Assembly: GCA_035262825.1 (NCBI GenBank)
Contig: DATFSB010000207.1
Coordinates: 1-42,794 of the forward strand
Length of the DNA stretch: 42,794 bases
Origin: Gemmatimonadales bacterium
GTDB lineage: Bacteria; Gemmatimonadota; Gemmatimonadetes; Gemmatimonadales; GWC2-71-9
Direction of reading: 5' to 3'
A model generated the notes under the pieces. The model did not search any database. It was not told the origin of the DNA and was given only the letters and a program-made list of their open reading frames with translations. Positions 16,292 through 25,396 of this stretch are shown one piece after another. The stretch's first letter is position 1. Every line of letters starts with the position of its first letter. A program made the translations under genes and the position numbers.

Positions 16292-18472
16292 GTGCGTCAC
16301 GCGCTGGGCGCCGCATTCGTGGTCGTGGCCGCGGCGTCGTGCCGGCCCGACCACGAGGCGCCCAGCGGCTTTACCCTCCTGTTCTTCAATCATTCCCCGG
16401 CGGCCACGATCGGCGACCGGTCGTGGGCTCCCGATCCCGACCACAGCCGGCTCGTGGCGTTCGATCGCGCGCTGCAGCCGGTGCGGACGCTGGCGGGTCC
16501 GGCGATCGCCCTGCCGATGAGCGTGACGGCGCTGGGCGCCGATCTGCTCGTCAGCGAAGAAGCGGGTGATGGCGTGGTGCTCGACACTGCCGGGCAGCAG
16601 CTGCGGGAATGGTCGAGCCCGGCGCCGTTCGCCGTCGCGTCGTACAACGCAGCGGCGGGGCGCATCGTCGCGACGCGCTCGCCCTACCGCGTGCCGACGC
16701 TCGCCGCCGAGCCCGCCAATGCGCCGCTCGTGCAGCTGCTCGACACGCTGGGACGCCCCGTCGATCGCCTGGCGGTGATCCACGTGCCGCCCACCCCGTT
16801 CTTGACCGCAATCACAAACGCGGGTCCGGCGGTGCTCGACGGCGGGGGCGCGGTCTACTACGCACCGCTGGTGCGCGACGAGATCGTCAAATTCGATCGC
16901 AGCGGGATGCAGCGCTGGGTCACGCGGCGAGGATTGTATCCGAAGGAGCGCGATCCCGTCTATCTCCCCGCCAGGGGCCGCGAACTCCGCATCGACCAGG
17001 CCGTCGTCAATGTCGCCCTCGTCCTCGGACCAGACGGCCGGCTGTACGTGCTCGGCGCCGATGACTCGGCGGGGACGAAACTGCGCGTCGACGTGCTCGA
17101 CACAGCGGGCGGCGCTATCCTCGCAACACGCCACCTCGGACGGCGCGAGACGGCGGTGGCGCTCGATGCCGGCGGCCGGCTCGCGACGTTCGACGCCGAG
17201 TCGCTCGCGGCACGCGTGCCGGGCGACGGCCGTGAGCCGTTCGCGCCGGCATTCACTCTACCCGACACGAGCGGCGACACGCTGACCCTGGCCCGCTTCG
17301 CGGGCAAGGTGACGCTCGTCGACTTCTGGGCGAGCTGGTGCGACCCGTGCCGGGAAGAATTTCCGCACATGATCGACCTGTACCGCCGCTACCAGCGCAG
17401 CGACTTCGACATCGTCGCGATTTCCGACGACGTCGATCGGGCCAAGATGCTGGCGTTCGTGCGCCGGTATCGCCCGCCGTTCGCGGTGCTGGTCGGCGGC
17501 GGCCGGATGAAGCAGCAGTATCATTACCGCGGCCTCCCCTACTCCGTTCTGCTGGACCGGAGCGGCCGGGTGATCGAGCGCTATTTCGGATTTGGTGGCG
17601 CCGCAGAATTCCAGCGGCTGGCGGCGACGGTGGAACGCGAGCTAGCCGCGAGTCCCGCCCCGGCCGGCGAGCGGTCCGGCGACAGCGGCACGACGCTGGT
17701 CGGCGCGGGGGACATCGCCGATTGCGACTCGCACGGTGACGAACAAACGGCCGCCCTGCTCGACCGCATCGCCGGCACCGTGTTCACAGCCGGCGACAAC
17801 GCGTACAGCGATGGAACGGCGGAGCAGTTTGCGCGCTGCTACGCGGGGAGCTGGGGACGGCACAGGGCGCGGACACGACCCGCCCCCGGGAACCACGATT
17901 ACAGGAGCGACGACGGGGCGCCCTACTTTCATTATTATGGCGCGCTCGCGGGACCCGCGGGGCGCGGGTACTACAGCTACGACGTCGGGACGTGGCACGT
18001 GATCTCGCTCAACAGCAACATCGACATGCGCGCCGGATCGCCGCAGGAGCGGTGGCTGCGGGACGACCTGGCGGCGCACCCGAGCGCGTGCGTGCTCGCC
18101 TACTGGCACCATCCGCGCTTCAGCTCGGGCACGGAACACGGCAGCGACCGGCGTACGCGCTTCCTGTGGCAGGCGCTGTACGACCACGGCGCCGACGTCG
18201 TACTCGCCGGTCACGAGCACAACTACGAGCGCTTCGCTCCGCAGACTGCGGAGGGGGCGGCGGATGCGGCGCGGGGAATCAGGGAATTCGTGGTCGGAAC
18301 GGGCGGGGCGGATCGCTACGCCTTCGGTCCGCCTCTCCCCAATAGCGAAGTGCGCAACGGCGACGTGTGGGGCGTGCTGAAGCTGACGCTCCTGCCCGGA
18401 CGCTATCGCTGGGAGTTCGTCCCCGTCGCCGGGATGTCCTTCAGCGATTCGGGGCTGGGACGCTGCCACTAG
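16292..18472 (+). CDS. Lipoprotein fusion: propeller-like N-domain + TlpA-like thioredoxin + calcineurin-like metallophosphoesterase, 726 aa
   Basis: Lipobox VAAASC. FWASWCDPCREEFP is the thioredoxin CxxC. GDIADC, GDNAYSDG, GNHDY and GHEHNYERF are metallophosphoesterase motifs. Confidence 0.8.
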   Translation: MRHALGAAFVVVAAASCRPDHEAPSGFTLLFFNHSPAATIGDRSWAPDPDHSRLVAFDRALQPVRTLAGPAIALPMSVTALGADLLVSEEAGDGVVLDTAGQQLREWSSPAPFAVASYNAAAGRIVATRSPYRVPTLAAEPANAPLVQLLDTLGRPVDRLAVIHVPPTPFLTAITNAGPAVLDGGGAVYYAPLVRDEIVKFDRSGMQRWVTRRGLYPKERDPVYLPARGRELRIDQAVVNVALVLGPDGRLYVLGADDSAGTKLRVDVLDTAGGAILATRHLGRRETAVALDAGGRLATFDAESLAARVPGDGREPFAPAFTLPDTSGDTLTLARFAGKVTLVDFWASWCDPCREEFPHMIDLYRRYQRSDFDIVAISDDVDRAKMLAFVRRYRPPFAVLVGGGRMKQQYHYRGLPYSVLLDRSGRVIERYFGFGGAAEFQRLAATVERELAASPAPAGERSGDSGTTLVGAGDIADCDSHGDEQTAALLDRIAGTVFTAGDNAYSDGTAEQFARCYAGSWGRHRARTRPAPGNHDYRSDDGAPYFHYYGALAGPAGRGYYSYDVGTWHVISLNSNIDMRAGSPQERWLRDDLAAHPSACVLAYWHHPRFSSGTEHGSDRRTRFLWQALYDHGADVVLAGHEHNYERFAPQTAEGAADAARGIREFVVGTGGADRYAFGPPLPNSEVRNGDVWGVLKLTLLPGRYRWEFVPVAGMSFSDSGLGRCH

Positions 18473-18475
18473 CCG

Positions 18476-18913
18476 CTAATCGACGGCTTTGCCCTCGGGA
18501 TCGTAGGTGAGGAACCGCGAGCGACCGTTGAGCCGCAGCTGCACCTCGAACAGAATGACCGTCCCGCGCGTCACCCGCTCGGCACCGACCAGCTTTCCCC
18601 CGGCAACGCGCCGCTCCGCGGCGGCGCGCACCACCGCAGGAACCGAATCCACCGGTATCCGTTCCTCGATTTCGAGCACGGCGCCCGTCGTGCTGTAGAT
18701 CAGGTCGCGGCGGGTCTCGCCGTCGCGGCTCTCGATCTCATAGACCACTTTCCCGTCGCGCCGCTCCTTGCTCACGTTGAGCACTCGTGCAGCGGGGTAG
18801 GTCTGGTGAAAGGCGCTCGCAACCGCGGGCGGGAGCGAATCCTGTCCACTGAGACTCGCCCCGGGGAGGGCGACCGCGCCGGCGATTGCGGCGAACAAGC
18901 GGCGGACGGTCAT
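18476..18913 (-). CDS. PepSY-like (beta-lactamase-inhibitor-like) periplasmic protein, 145 aa
   Basis: Signal peptide, then two units: LPPAVASAFHQTYPAARVLNVSKERRDGKVVYEIE and VPAVVRAAAERRVAGGKLVGAERVTRG..LFEVQL. Last gene of the supercluster. Confidence 0.6.
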   Translation of the reverse strand: MTVRRLFAAIAGAVALPGASLSGQDSLPPAVASAFHQTYPAARVLNVSKERRDGKVVYEIESRDGETRRDLIYSTTGAVLEIEERIPVDSVPAVVRAAAERRVAGGKLVGAERVTRGTVILFEVQLRLNGRSRFLTYDPEGKAVD

Positions 18914-18917
18914 CGCT

Positions 18918-19754
18918 TCAGAAGTTGAACATGACGCCCACTTCGGGGGCGATGTCGGTCGCGTTGGGTGTGAATCCCCAGCCGTTGTTCAGCTTGATGA
19001 TTGCGTTGCGCGCGAACCGCCATTGCACCTCTGTGAGGAGCGAGATTTCATCGACCTGGCTGCCCTCGATCGCCGTGATGATCCGCCAGGACTGCGACAC
19101 CTGCCGCATGTACTCGATCGCGTATTCCCCGGCGTCGACCACGTGGTCTGTGTACTCCGCGCCGGCTCGGAAGGTCATGGTGCCCCAACTGAAGCCGCGC
19201 GTGAGGCCGAAGCCCGCACTGAACTCCCAGTCCTGCGTCCCGATGATGTGCCGCGTGCGCTGGAGTGGGAGAACTGTCTCGAAGAATGTGAAGACCTCGG
19301 GCCGGTGCTCGTTCTCTCGCTGCACGCGCCAGCGGATCTGTCCTTCGACGTCGCCGAGCCCCGATTCGCGGATCCGCTGCGGCACGGTGGCCGAGTCCAG
19401 ACGGTCCTTCCGGAGCTCGGCGGTGATCACCGCGGATTCGAATTCCACCATGAGATCGGGCGTCAGGCCATAAGCGAAATACAGGATCCCCTCGGACGCG
19501 CGGAACCGACCTCGGTAATCGTGATTCAGGCCATACCCCAGTTCGCTCGGCTTGTATTCGAGGTTGTGATCGGCGTACCACTCGAAGAAGGGGTAGATCA
19601 GCAGCTCGCCGTCGCGGACGTACGTGCCGAGCATCGACGTCCGGACGCCGGTGCCCCGATCACGCAGATAGGAAGGGAGGGGCTGGGTCTGCGCCGAGGC
19701 GATTGCAGGAGCTGCGGCCAACGCGATGAGCAGTGCTGCGGAGCGCCAAGCCAT
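18918..19754 (-). CDS. Outer-membrane beta-barrel protein, family not recognised, 278 aa
   Basis: Signal peptide ending ASAQ, alternating amphipathic strands and C-terminal ...VGVMFNF (terminal Phe). Confidence 0.65.
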   Translation of the reverse strand: MAWRSAALLIALAAAPAIASAQTQPLPSYLRDRGTGVRTSMLGTYVRDGELLIYPFFEWYADHNLEYKPSELGYGLNHDYRGRFRASEGILYFAYGLTPDLMVEFESAVITAELRKDRLDSATVPQRIRESGLGDVEGQIRWRVQRENEHRPEVFTFFETVLPLQRTRHIIGTQDWEFSAGFGLTRGFSWGTMTFRAGAEYTDHVVDAGEYAIEYMRQVSQSWRIITAIEGSQVDEISLLTEVQWRFARNAIIKLNNGWGFTPNATDIAPEVGVMFNF

Positions 19755-19943
19755 TCAGCCTCCCCGTTTGAGGAGCTTCTGAGCAGCGCCCACTATGAAA
19801 GTTCCTGCACCGACCAACGTTCCGTCGACGGCGTTAGCGGGCGTGTCGAACTGCCCCGCATCATACTGTTCCTTGAGTTGCAAAACCACGAAAGCGATCA
19901 CGGCGATCTTCAGTGCTTCGCCCAGGATGCTCTTCCAGCTCAT
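19755..19943 (-). CDS. Small membrane protein, 62 aa (hypothetical)
   Basis: Fits exactly between the porin stop (19954) and the barrel start (19754). It has two hydrophobic segments, and its 3' end supplies GGGGAGG before the next ATG. Confidence 0.5.
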   Translation of the reverse strand: MSWKSILGEALKIAVIAFVVLQLKEQYDAGQFDTPANAVDGTLVGAGTFIVGAAQKLLKRGG

Positions 19944-19953
19944 GGTGCCTCAC

Positions 19954-21045
19954 TCAGAAGGTGACGGTGGCGTTGAGGCGCACCCGATGCTGCCGCTCAC
20001 GCGGCGCGCTGGGCGCCACTAAATGGGGGCGGTAGAGGTACCAGGTCGCGTTCAGCAGCAGGCCACTCAAGGGGATCGCGTCAAAGGCCAGCGTGTGCGT
20101 CTCTGTGTTGGTGCCGATCGTGGTATTGTCGTGCGAAAAGGCCGCGAGCACGGCGTCGGTTTCGACGACCGCATACCCATAGCGCCAGCGCCAGTCGCGC
20201 GGGCGTTGCGCCCGGCCGACGTACAGATCGGCCTGCCAGCCGGTGTTGAGATCAGCGGCCCCGCCATTGTGAACGTAATCCCCCACTACCCGGAGCGGCC
20301 AGCGCTCTCCCAGTCCCAGGTGCTCGACGGTGAGCGTTGCATTGAGCAGATCGAAGTCCGAGAGGTAGCGACCTCCACCCGGGGCGAGCCGGTTGGTCCG
20401 GGTGTCGCCTGCATCGGCGTTGAGCAGGCTGCGGACCCGGTAGTCGTAGTACGCGGCCGCCGCGGCGACGCGCCAGGCGCTGTCGGGCGTCGCCCGCAGA
20501 GTGAGCTGGGCTCCCCCCATGTCGCTACCGAGGCCGCCGGTCTGTTGATCCACGATGAAATAAAGGCCGGTGAGCGTTCCCGTGACGCGCGCGGGACTGC
20601 CGGCGATCAATCGGCCTCCCACGCCTTGCGGGTTCACATCGCCGTCCCATACCAGCTCGGTGGGCGCGAAGAAGGGATTGTTGAATTTTCCGCCCACCGC
20701 GCCCCAGCGGCGCCGATTCACTTCGATGGCGGCGATGTCGAGACTCATCTCGAGGTCGTTGACGAACTGGCTCAGCGTCACGTCGGTCGAGTTGGGGTCG
20801 TTCCCCGATCCGGTCGCGAGTCGCGCGCGAACCGCCACGTCCTCGCGCAGCGCGTAGGCGATACCCGCGCGCAACCGCACGACCTCCTTGCTGCTCGACA
20901 GCGCGCCGTTCGCCTGACTGGTGTTCTCGTAGCGCACCCGGAAATCGCCGGTAAAGCGAAGCGGCGAGTGCGTCTGCGCCGGCGCGCCTTTCGCAGCGAG
21001 CGCCAGCGTAACGGTCGCGCACAGGACGCGCGCGCTATTCCTCAT
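19954..21045 (-). CDS. Putative porin (Porin_5-like beta-barrel), 363 aa
   Basis: Signal peptide, LRFTGDFRVRYENT opening strand and C-terminal RLNATVTF. Confidence 0.6.
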   Translation of the reverse strand: MRNSARVLCATVTLALAAKGAPAQTHSPLRFTGDFRVRYENTSQANGALSSSKEVVRLRAGIAYALREDVAVRARLATGSGNDPNSTDVTLSQFVNDLEMSLDIAAIEVNRRRWGAVGGKFNNPFFAPTELVWDGDVNPQGVGGRLIAGSPARVTGTLTGLYFIVDQQTGGLGSDMGGAQLTLRATPDSAWRVAAAAAYYDYRVRSLLNADAGDTRTNRLAPGGGRYLSDFDLLNATLTVEHLGLGERWPLRVVGDYVHNGGAADLNTGWQADLYVGRAQRPRDWRWRYGYAVVETDAVLAAFSHDNTTIGTNTETHTLAFDAIPLSGLLLNATWYLYRPHLVAPSAPRERQHRVRLNATVTF

Positions 21046-21349
21046 GAGTATCCACCGCTCCGGTCAGCGCGTCGACGCTGACTTCGGTGATGCCGCGCTT
21101 GCCGGCGATCTTGACGTCCCATACCCACACCAGTTTTCCGTGCTCGCGCAGCAGCTCCACCGCCTCGATGCTGCCGGGGAGCTTGGTGAGCGCCAGCACG
21201 CGGGCCGAATCCTCACTGATCTTGGCCTGTGCGAGGAGCGCTGGCGGAATATCGCGCTCATACGCCGGCCGCTGCGGCTGCTGGGCGGACACAGTCTGCG
21301 GTCCGAGGGCGAGCGCAAGCACGAATGCCCCTGCGACGAGATGCTTCAT
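21035..21349 (-). CDS. PepSY domain protein, 104 aa
   Basis: Internal ATG at 21349 with GGGAG SD, and a signal peptide. ISEDSARVLALTKLPGSIEAVELLREHGKLVWVWDVKIAGKRGITEVSVDALTGAV is a PepSY fold signature. Confidence 0.7.
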   Translation of the reverse strand: MKHLVAGAFVLALALGPQTVSAQQPQRPAYERDIPPALLAQAKISEDSARVLALTKLPGSIEAVELLREHGKLVWVWDVKIAGKRGITEVSVDALTGAVDTHEE

Positions 21350-21398
21350 GCGACACTCCCGTTTCTGTTGGGTCCTGCGGGCTCGAGCACGGTGCGGG

Positions 21399-23702
21399 TT
21401 ACGCACCGCCGCCCGCGTCGATCTCACGATGCCGCCGGCGATAGACCATGAAGATGATCGCGCCCAGCACGACGGGTCCTCCGATGGCGTACGGCAGCAC
21501 GCCGCCTGGGTTGAGCCGCGTGTACTTCGTGACGATCAAGTGCATTCCTGGGCTGGTCACCGGATGGCTCGTCGCTTCTGGCCCAGCCGGCGCCGGAATG
21601 CCGACGGTGTACACCATGAAATTGCCGTCGAGAATCGCGTTGACCCGCCAGGCGAGGCTGACCGACTGCCCGGGAGCGACCGGCTCGGTGTACTGCGTGC
21701 GCTGCGGCGACCAGTCTTCCGGGTCGACGACGTCCCCGCTCGCGTTGAGGTTGATGATGTTCATCGCCACGATGAGCGGCGGCGTCGGACTCGACCCGTT
21801 GTTGGTCAGAACGGTGTTGTATTCGATGGGAGTCCCCGCTCGGACCGTCTTGGCGGTGACGTCGATCGACAGCTGGACCTGCGGATCGGCCACCTGTTGC
21901 GCCAGCAGCGGGGCCGCTCCGAGCCCGAGCAGCGCCGCGAGGAGCAGCACGGCTGCAACCCGCTCCCGCGCCGCCTGGAAGAGGCGCGTGCGGCCGGCTT
22001 CCAGTCGCAGCTCGGGACCGGCGTACCAGAACAACAGTGCGAACGCGAAGACGGCGAACACGATGCACGACAACATCCACGACCACGCCCGGTCCAACGT
22101 CCAGTTGTTCACGAGGATGGCGGCGAGGAAGAATTTCGGCGCCGCTAACGGATTCAACCATTGAAAGAGGAGTCCCATGAATCCACCTTGGGCGTGCCCG
22201 GTGAGTTGAGTGGGGAGCAGGAAGAGGACGTACAGACACAGACTGATGAACAGGCTGGTCTTGTTCGAGTTGCACCAGAAACCCACGAACATCGCCATTG
22301 CCGTGAAGCCGAGCGTCAGCACGAGGCCGAGCCCCCCACCCCACAGCACTGCCTGGCTGAACACCTCGTCACCCTGCGACAGCACCCACATGTAGGGAAT
22401 GGCGATCAGCATCGCCACCGGCCCGGGGGACGCCGCCGCGAGGAACTTGCCGAGCACGATCTGGCGGCGACTGGTCGGGGTGAGCAGCAGCCCCTCGAGC
22501 GTGGCGCGCTCCCGTTCCCCGCTCAAGCTGTCGGCGCCGATAATGAGGCTGACGAACACGCTCGCGATCATCGCGGCTTTGGTGAGCTCGAACACCATCT
22601 CCTTCGGCGGGATGAGGCTCAGGCTCGAGTCACGCGCCGTGATGTAGGTGTAGATCCCCAGTACGATGGTGTAAGCGACGGTCAACTGCAGCGCTTTCCC
22701 TCCCACCCAGAGGTCGCTGAGCTCTTTCCTGAACACCACCCACCAGGTTGCGACGCTGCCCGCCGGTACCGGAGTGGCCAGGCGCTCGCCACGCGGTTTC
22801 GGAGCGGGAACGGGCAGTGCTGCTTCCGGCCAGACGGTGGTGGTGGGCGCCCGCCGGGACGGCCGCGGCGCTTTGGCGCTCCAGCGCTTCCAAAGGCGGC
22901 CTAACCGTGTTGCCATCGCAGCGTCGAGTCGCAGACGACGCGCGGCTAAGGCGAACAACACGAGCAGAACGATCGCGGCGAACGAACCCGCCAGGATGGG
23001 GAGATACCACGCCTCCGACACGGGCCGGCCCTGGCCCACCACCTTGCCAAGGAATTGCGCCGCTGCTTCCCATGGGTTCACGAACGTATAAAGCAGCGTG
23101 CGCCGCACCTCGATCACGGTTTGATGGATTCGCGGCCGGGACAACTCGGTCGGCAACAACAGCAGGAGGTAGAGACAGAGACTGACCATCATGCTGGTCT
23201 TGTTCGAGTTGCAGGCCATGCTGACGAGCAGGCCAATGCCGACCAACAGGGCGGCCAGGATCGTACCCAGCACGGTCCCCCACAGCAGCGCCTGCCAGAA
23301 GACCGGATTGCCTTTGGCAAGCACCGCCCAATAGGGGATCGCGATCATGAGCGCGACGGGCCAGGCGGAGAAGGCAGCGAGAAACTTGCCCACCGTGATC
23401 TGCCGCCGGCTCGCCGGGGTCAGGAGCAGCACTTCGAGCGTGGCCCGCTCCCGGTCGCCGGCGAAGGCGTCCGCCGCTGCCACGAGGCAAATGAACGCGG
23501 CGATGGCGATCGAATGCCGCACCATCTCCTGGATCATTTCGGGCACCGGCAGCAGCAAGGTGTCGGCGTTGCTGGCGAGCAGATAGGAGTATCCGCCCAG
23601 CAGCAGGCTGTAGATGAGGATCAAGTACAGTGCCTTGCCGCCGACCCACAGATCCCTGGTCTCGCGCCGGCAGACCACCCACCACGAAGTCGAAATAGCC
23701 AT
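21399..23702 (-). CDS. Fused double ABC-2 permease (two homologous 6-TM modules) + TM + Ig-like periplasmic domain + TM anchor, 767 aa
   Basis: Module 1 is aa 1-262 (WWVVCRRETRDLWVGGKAL, GDRERATLEVLLLTPASRRQI, CNSNKTS). Module 2 is aa 318-572 (WWVVFRKELSDLWVGGKAL, GERERATLEGLLLTPTSRRQI, CNSNKTS). An Ig-like domain spans aa 604-730, followed by TM VLPYAIGGPVVLGAIIFMVY. Confidence 0.85.
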   Translation of the reverse strand: MAISTSWWVVCRRETRDLWVGGKALYLILIYSLLLGGYSYLLASNADTLLLPVPEMIQEMVRHSIAIAAFICLVAAADAFAGDRERATLEVLLLTPASRRQITVGKFLAAFSAWPVALMIAIPYWAVLAKGNPVFWQALLWGTVLGTILAALLVGIGLLVSMACNSNKTSMMVSLCLYLLLLLPTELSRPRIHQTVIEVRRTLLYTFVNPWEAAAQFLGKVVGQGRPVSEAWYLPILAGSFAAIVLLVLFALAARRLRLDAAMATRLGRLWKRWSAKAPRPSRRAPTTTVWPEAALPVPAPKPRGERLATPVPAGSVATWWVVFRKELSDLWVGGKALQLTVAYTIVLGIYTYITARDSSLSLIPPKEMVFELTKAAMIASVFVSLIIGADSLSGERERATLEGLLLTPTSRRQIVLGKFLAAASPGPVAMLIAIPYMWVLSQGDEVFSQAVLWGGGLGLVLTLGFTAMAMFVGFWCNSNKTSLFISLCLYVLFLLPTQLTGHAQGGFMGLLFQWLNPLAAPKFFLAAILVNNWTLDRAWSWMLSCIVFAVFAFALLFWYAGPELRLEAGRTRLFQAARERVAAVLLLAALLGLGAAPLLAQQVADPQVQLSIDVTAKTVRAGTPIEYNTVLTNNGSSPTPPLIVAMNIINLNASGDVVDPEDWSPQRTQYTEPVAPGQSVSLAWRVNAILDGNFMVYTVGIPAPAGPEATSHPVTSPGMHLIVTKYTRLNPGGVLPYAIGGPVVLGAIIFMVYRRRHREIDAGGGA

Positions 23703-23717
23703 CAGCTTCCTCCAGCC

Positions 23718-24551
23718 TCAGCGGGTCGCGGACAACCGAAACGGACTCGTTCCGCCCGATTGCAGACGGAGCCGTGGTCCGGCATACACGAACAGCAGGG
23801 CGACCACGACGATGAGAAACACGACCGGCCCTTGCAGCCAGTCGCCGTAGGTATGCAGGGTCTGGTTATTGACAATGAGCCGTTCCAGCAGCTGGTCGGC
23901 GGCCGCCAGCGGGTTCGAGCGCTGGAAGAACTTCCCGACTAGTCCCTTCTGCGCCCGGCCGGGTAAGAGCGCGGGCAAGAGGAACAGCAGGTACATCGAG
24001 AGACTGATGAACAGGCTGGTGCGATTGGAATTGGACCAGTAGCTGACGAGCATCCCGAGCCCCGTAAATCCGATGACCACCATCGTGCCGACGAAGACGG
24101 CGTACAGGAGCGCGGGCATGAGAATCGGATCGCCTTGGGAAACGACGAGCACGCACGGGAATGTGACGGCCAACGCCGCCGGCCACGGCGACATGCTGGC
24201 GAGGAACTTGCCGACGACGATCTGGGTCCGGCTGGCGGGCGTCAACAACAGCGTTTCCAGCAGCTCCCGGTCGCGCGCGCCGCTCAAGGTGTCGGCGCCG
24301 ATGAGCAGGCCCATGAACACACCGACGTACATGCAGGTCTGCAGGATCGACCAGACCATCTCTTTGGGGGGCGTCAAGTCCATCTGACTCCACCTGACCT
24401 GGAGATAGGTCAGCACTCCGATCACGACCGTGTACACGAGCAGCAGCGTCAGCGCTCGACCGCCGACCCAGAGCTCCTGCAGGTCGCGGCGGCAGACCAC
24501 CCACCAGGCCGCGAGACCCGGGCCGACAGGCGCCGGACGGCCGTCCCTCAC
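23718..24551 (-). CDS. ABC-2 family permease (module B), 277 aa
   Basis: I prefer the GTG at 24551, which forms a GTGA overlap with the upstream stop. Motifs: WWVVCRRDLQELWVGGRAL, GARDRELLETLLLTPASRTQI, SNSNRTS. Confidence 0.8.
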   Translation of the reverse strand: MRDGRPAPVGPGLAAWWVVCRRDLQELWVGGRALTLLLVYTVVIGVLTYLQVRWSQMDLTPPKEMVWSILQTCMYVGVFMGLLIGADTLSGARDRELLETLLLTPASRTQIVVGKFLASMSPWPAALAVTFPCVLVVSQGDPILMPALLYAVFVGTMVVIGFTGLGMLVSYWSNSNRTSLFISLSMYLLFLLPALLPGRAQKGLVGKFFQRSNPLAAADQLLERLIVNNQTLHTYGDWLQGPVVFLIVVVALLFVYAGPRLRLQSGGTSPFRLSATR

Positions 24552-25396
24552 GTGGGTCTCACCCGCAAGCGCCGCATACCAACTTCCAGCTGCAGGGACG
24601 GTCCGGCGTAGACGAAGAGCACGGCGAGCACGACGGCCGGCAGGAGAATCGGGCTGGTCATCCACAGCCACAGCTGTGAGGCCGGGGCGTCCGCCATGAT
24701 GCTCTCATGGAGCAAGCGACTGCTTGCGCCCAGCGGGTTGACCAATTGGAAGAGGTCGGACAGGCCTGTCGATTGGGCGCCGACTGTCGTGGTCGCCAGG
24801 CCCGAGTACTCGGACGGCAGAATCATGAGAAGGTAAAGGCCGATGCTGACGAGCATGCTGGGCTTGTTGGAATTGCTCCAGATGCTGGCGAGCATGCCGA
24901 TGCCGGCGAATGCAGGGGCGAGCAGCGTTCCCACGACCGGCCCCCACAGCAGCGCCGCCCGCAGCACCGGATCGCCCTTGGAGAGCACCACCCAGTACGG
25001 GATGGCGATCATCAACGTCGCCGGCCAGAGGGACAGGGCGGACAGGAATTTTCCCAAGATGATCTGCCGCCGGCTGGTGGGGGTGAGCAGCAGTCCTTCC
25101 AGCGTGGCGCGCTCGCGCTCGCCCGACACAGTGTCGGCACCGACGATCAGGCAGATGAACAATCCCACGAACACCGCAGCCTTGACGATCTCCAGCACCA
25201 CCTCTTTCAACGGCAGCAGCTGCAGCTCCGAGTTGCTCGCGAACAGGTACGCGTAGATCCCGAGCAGCAGGGTATAGATCAGGATCATGACCAGCGCTTT
25301 GCCGCCGACCCAGTGATCCCGCAGCTCCCGCCAGAACACGATGCGCCAGACCGGCGCCGCACGCGGCGCCGGTGAGCGATCGTCGGCTAAACTCAC
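24548..25396 (-). CDS. ABC-2 family permease (module A), 282 aa
   Basis: I prefer the GTG at 25396 (GTGA overlap with the ATPase stop). Motifs: VWRIVFWRELRDHWVGGKAL, GERERATLEGLLLTPTSRRQI, SNSNKPS. The longer track ORF, extending to 25747, would overlap the ATPase by 350 nt. Confidence 0.8.
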   Translation of the reverse strand: MSLADDRSPAPRAAPVWRIVFWRELRDHWVGGKALVMILIYTLLLGIYAYLFASNSELQLLPLKEVVLEIVKAAVFVGLFICLIVGADTVSGERERATLEGLLLTPTSRRQIILGKFLSALSLWPATLMIAIPYWVVLSKGDPVLRAALLWGPVVGTLLAPAFAGIGMLASIWSNSNKPSMLVSIGLYLLMILPSEYSGLATTTVGAQSTGLSDLFQLVNPLGASSRLLHESIMADAPASQLWLWMTSPILLPAVVLAVLFVYAGPSLQLEVGMRRLRVRPT

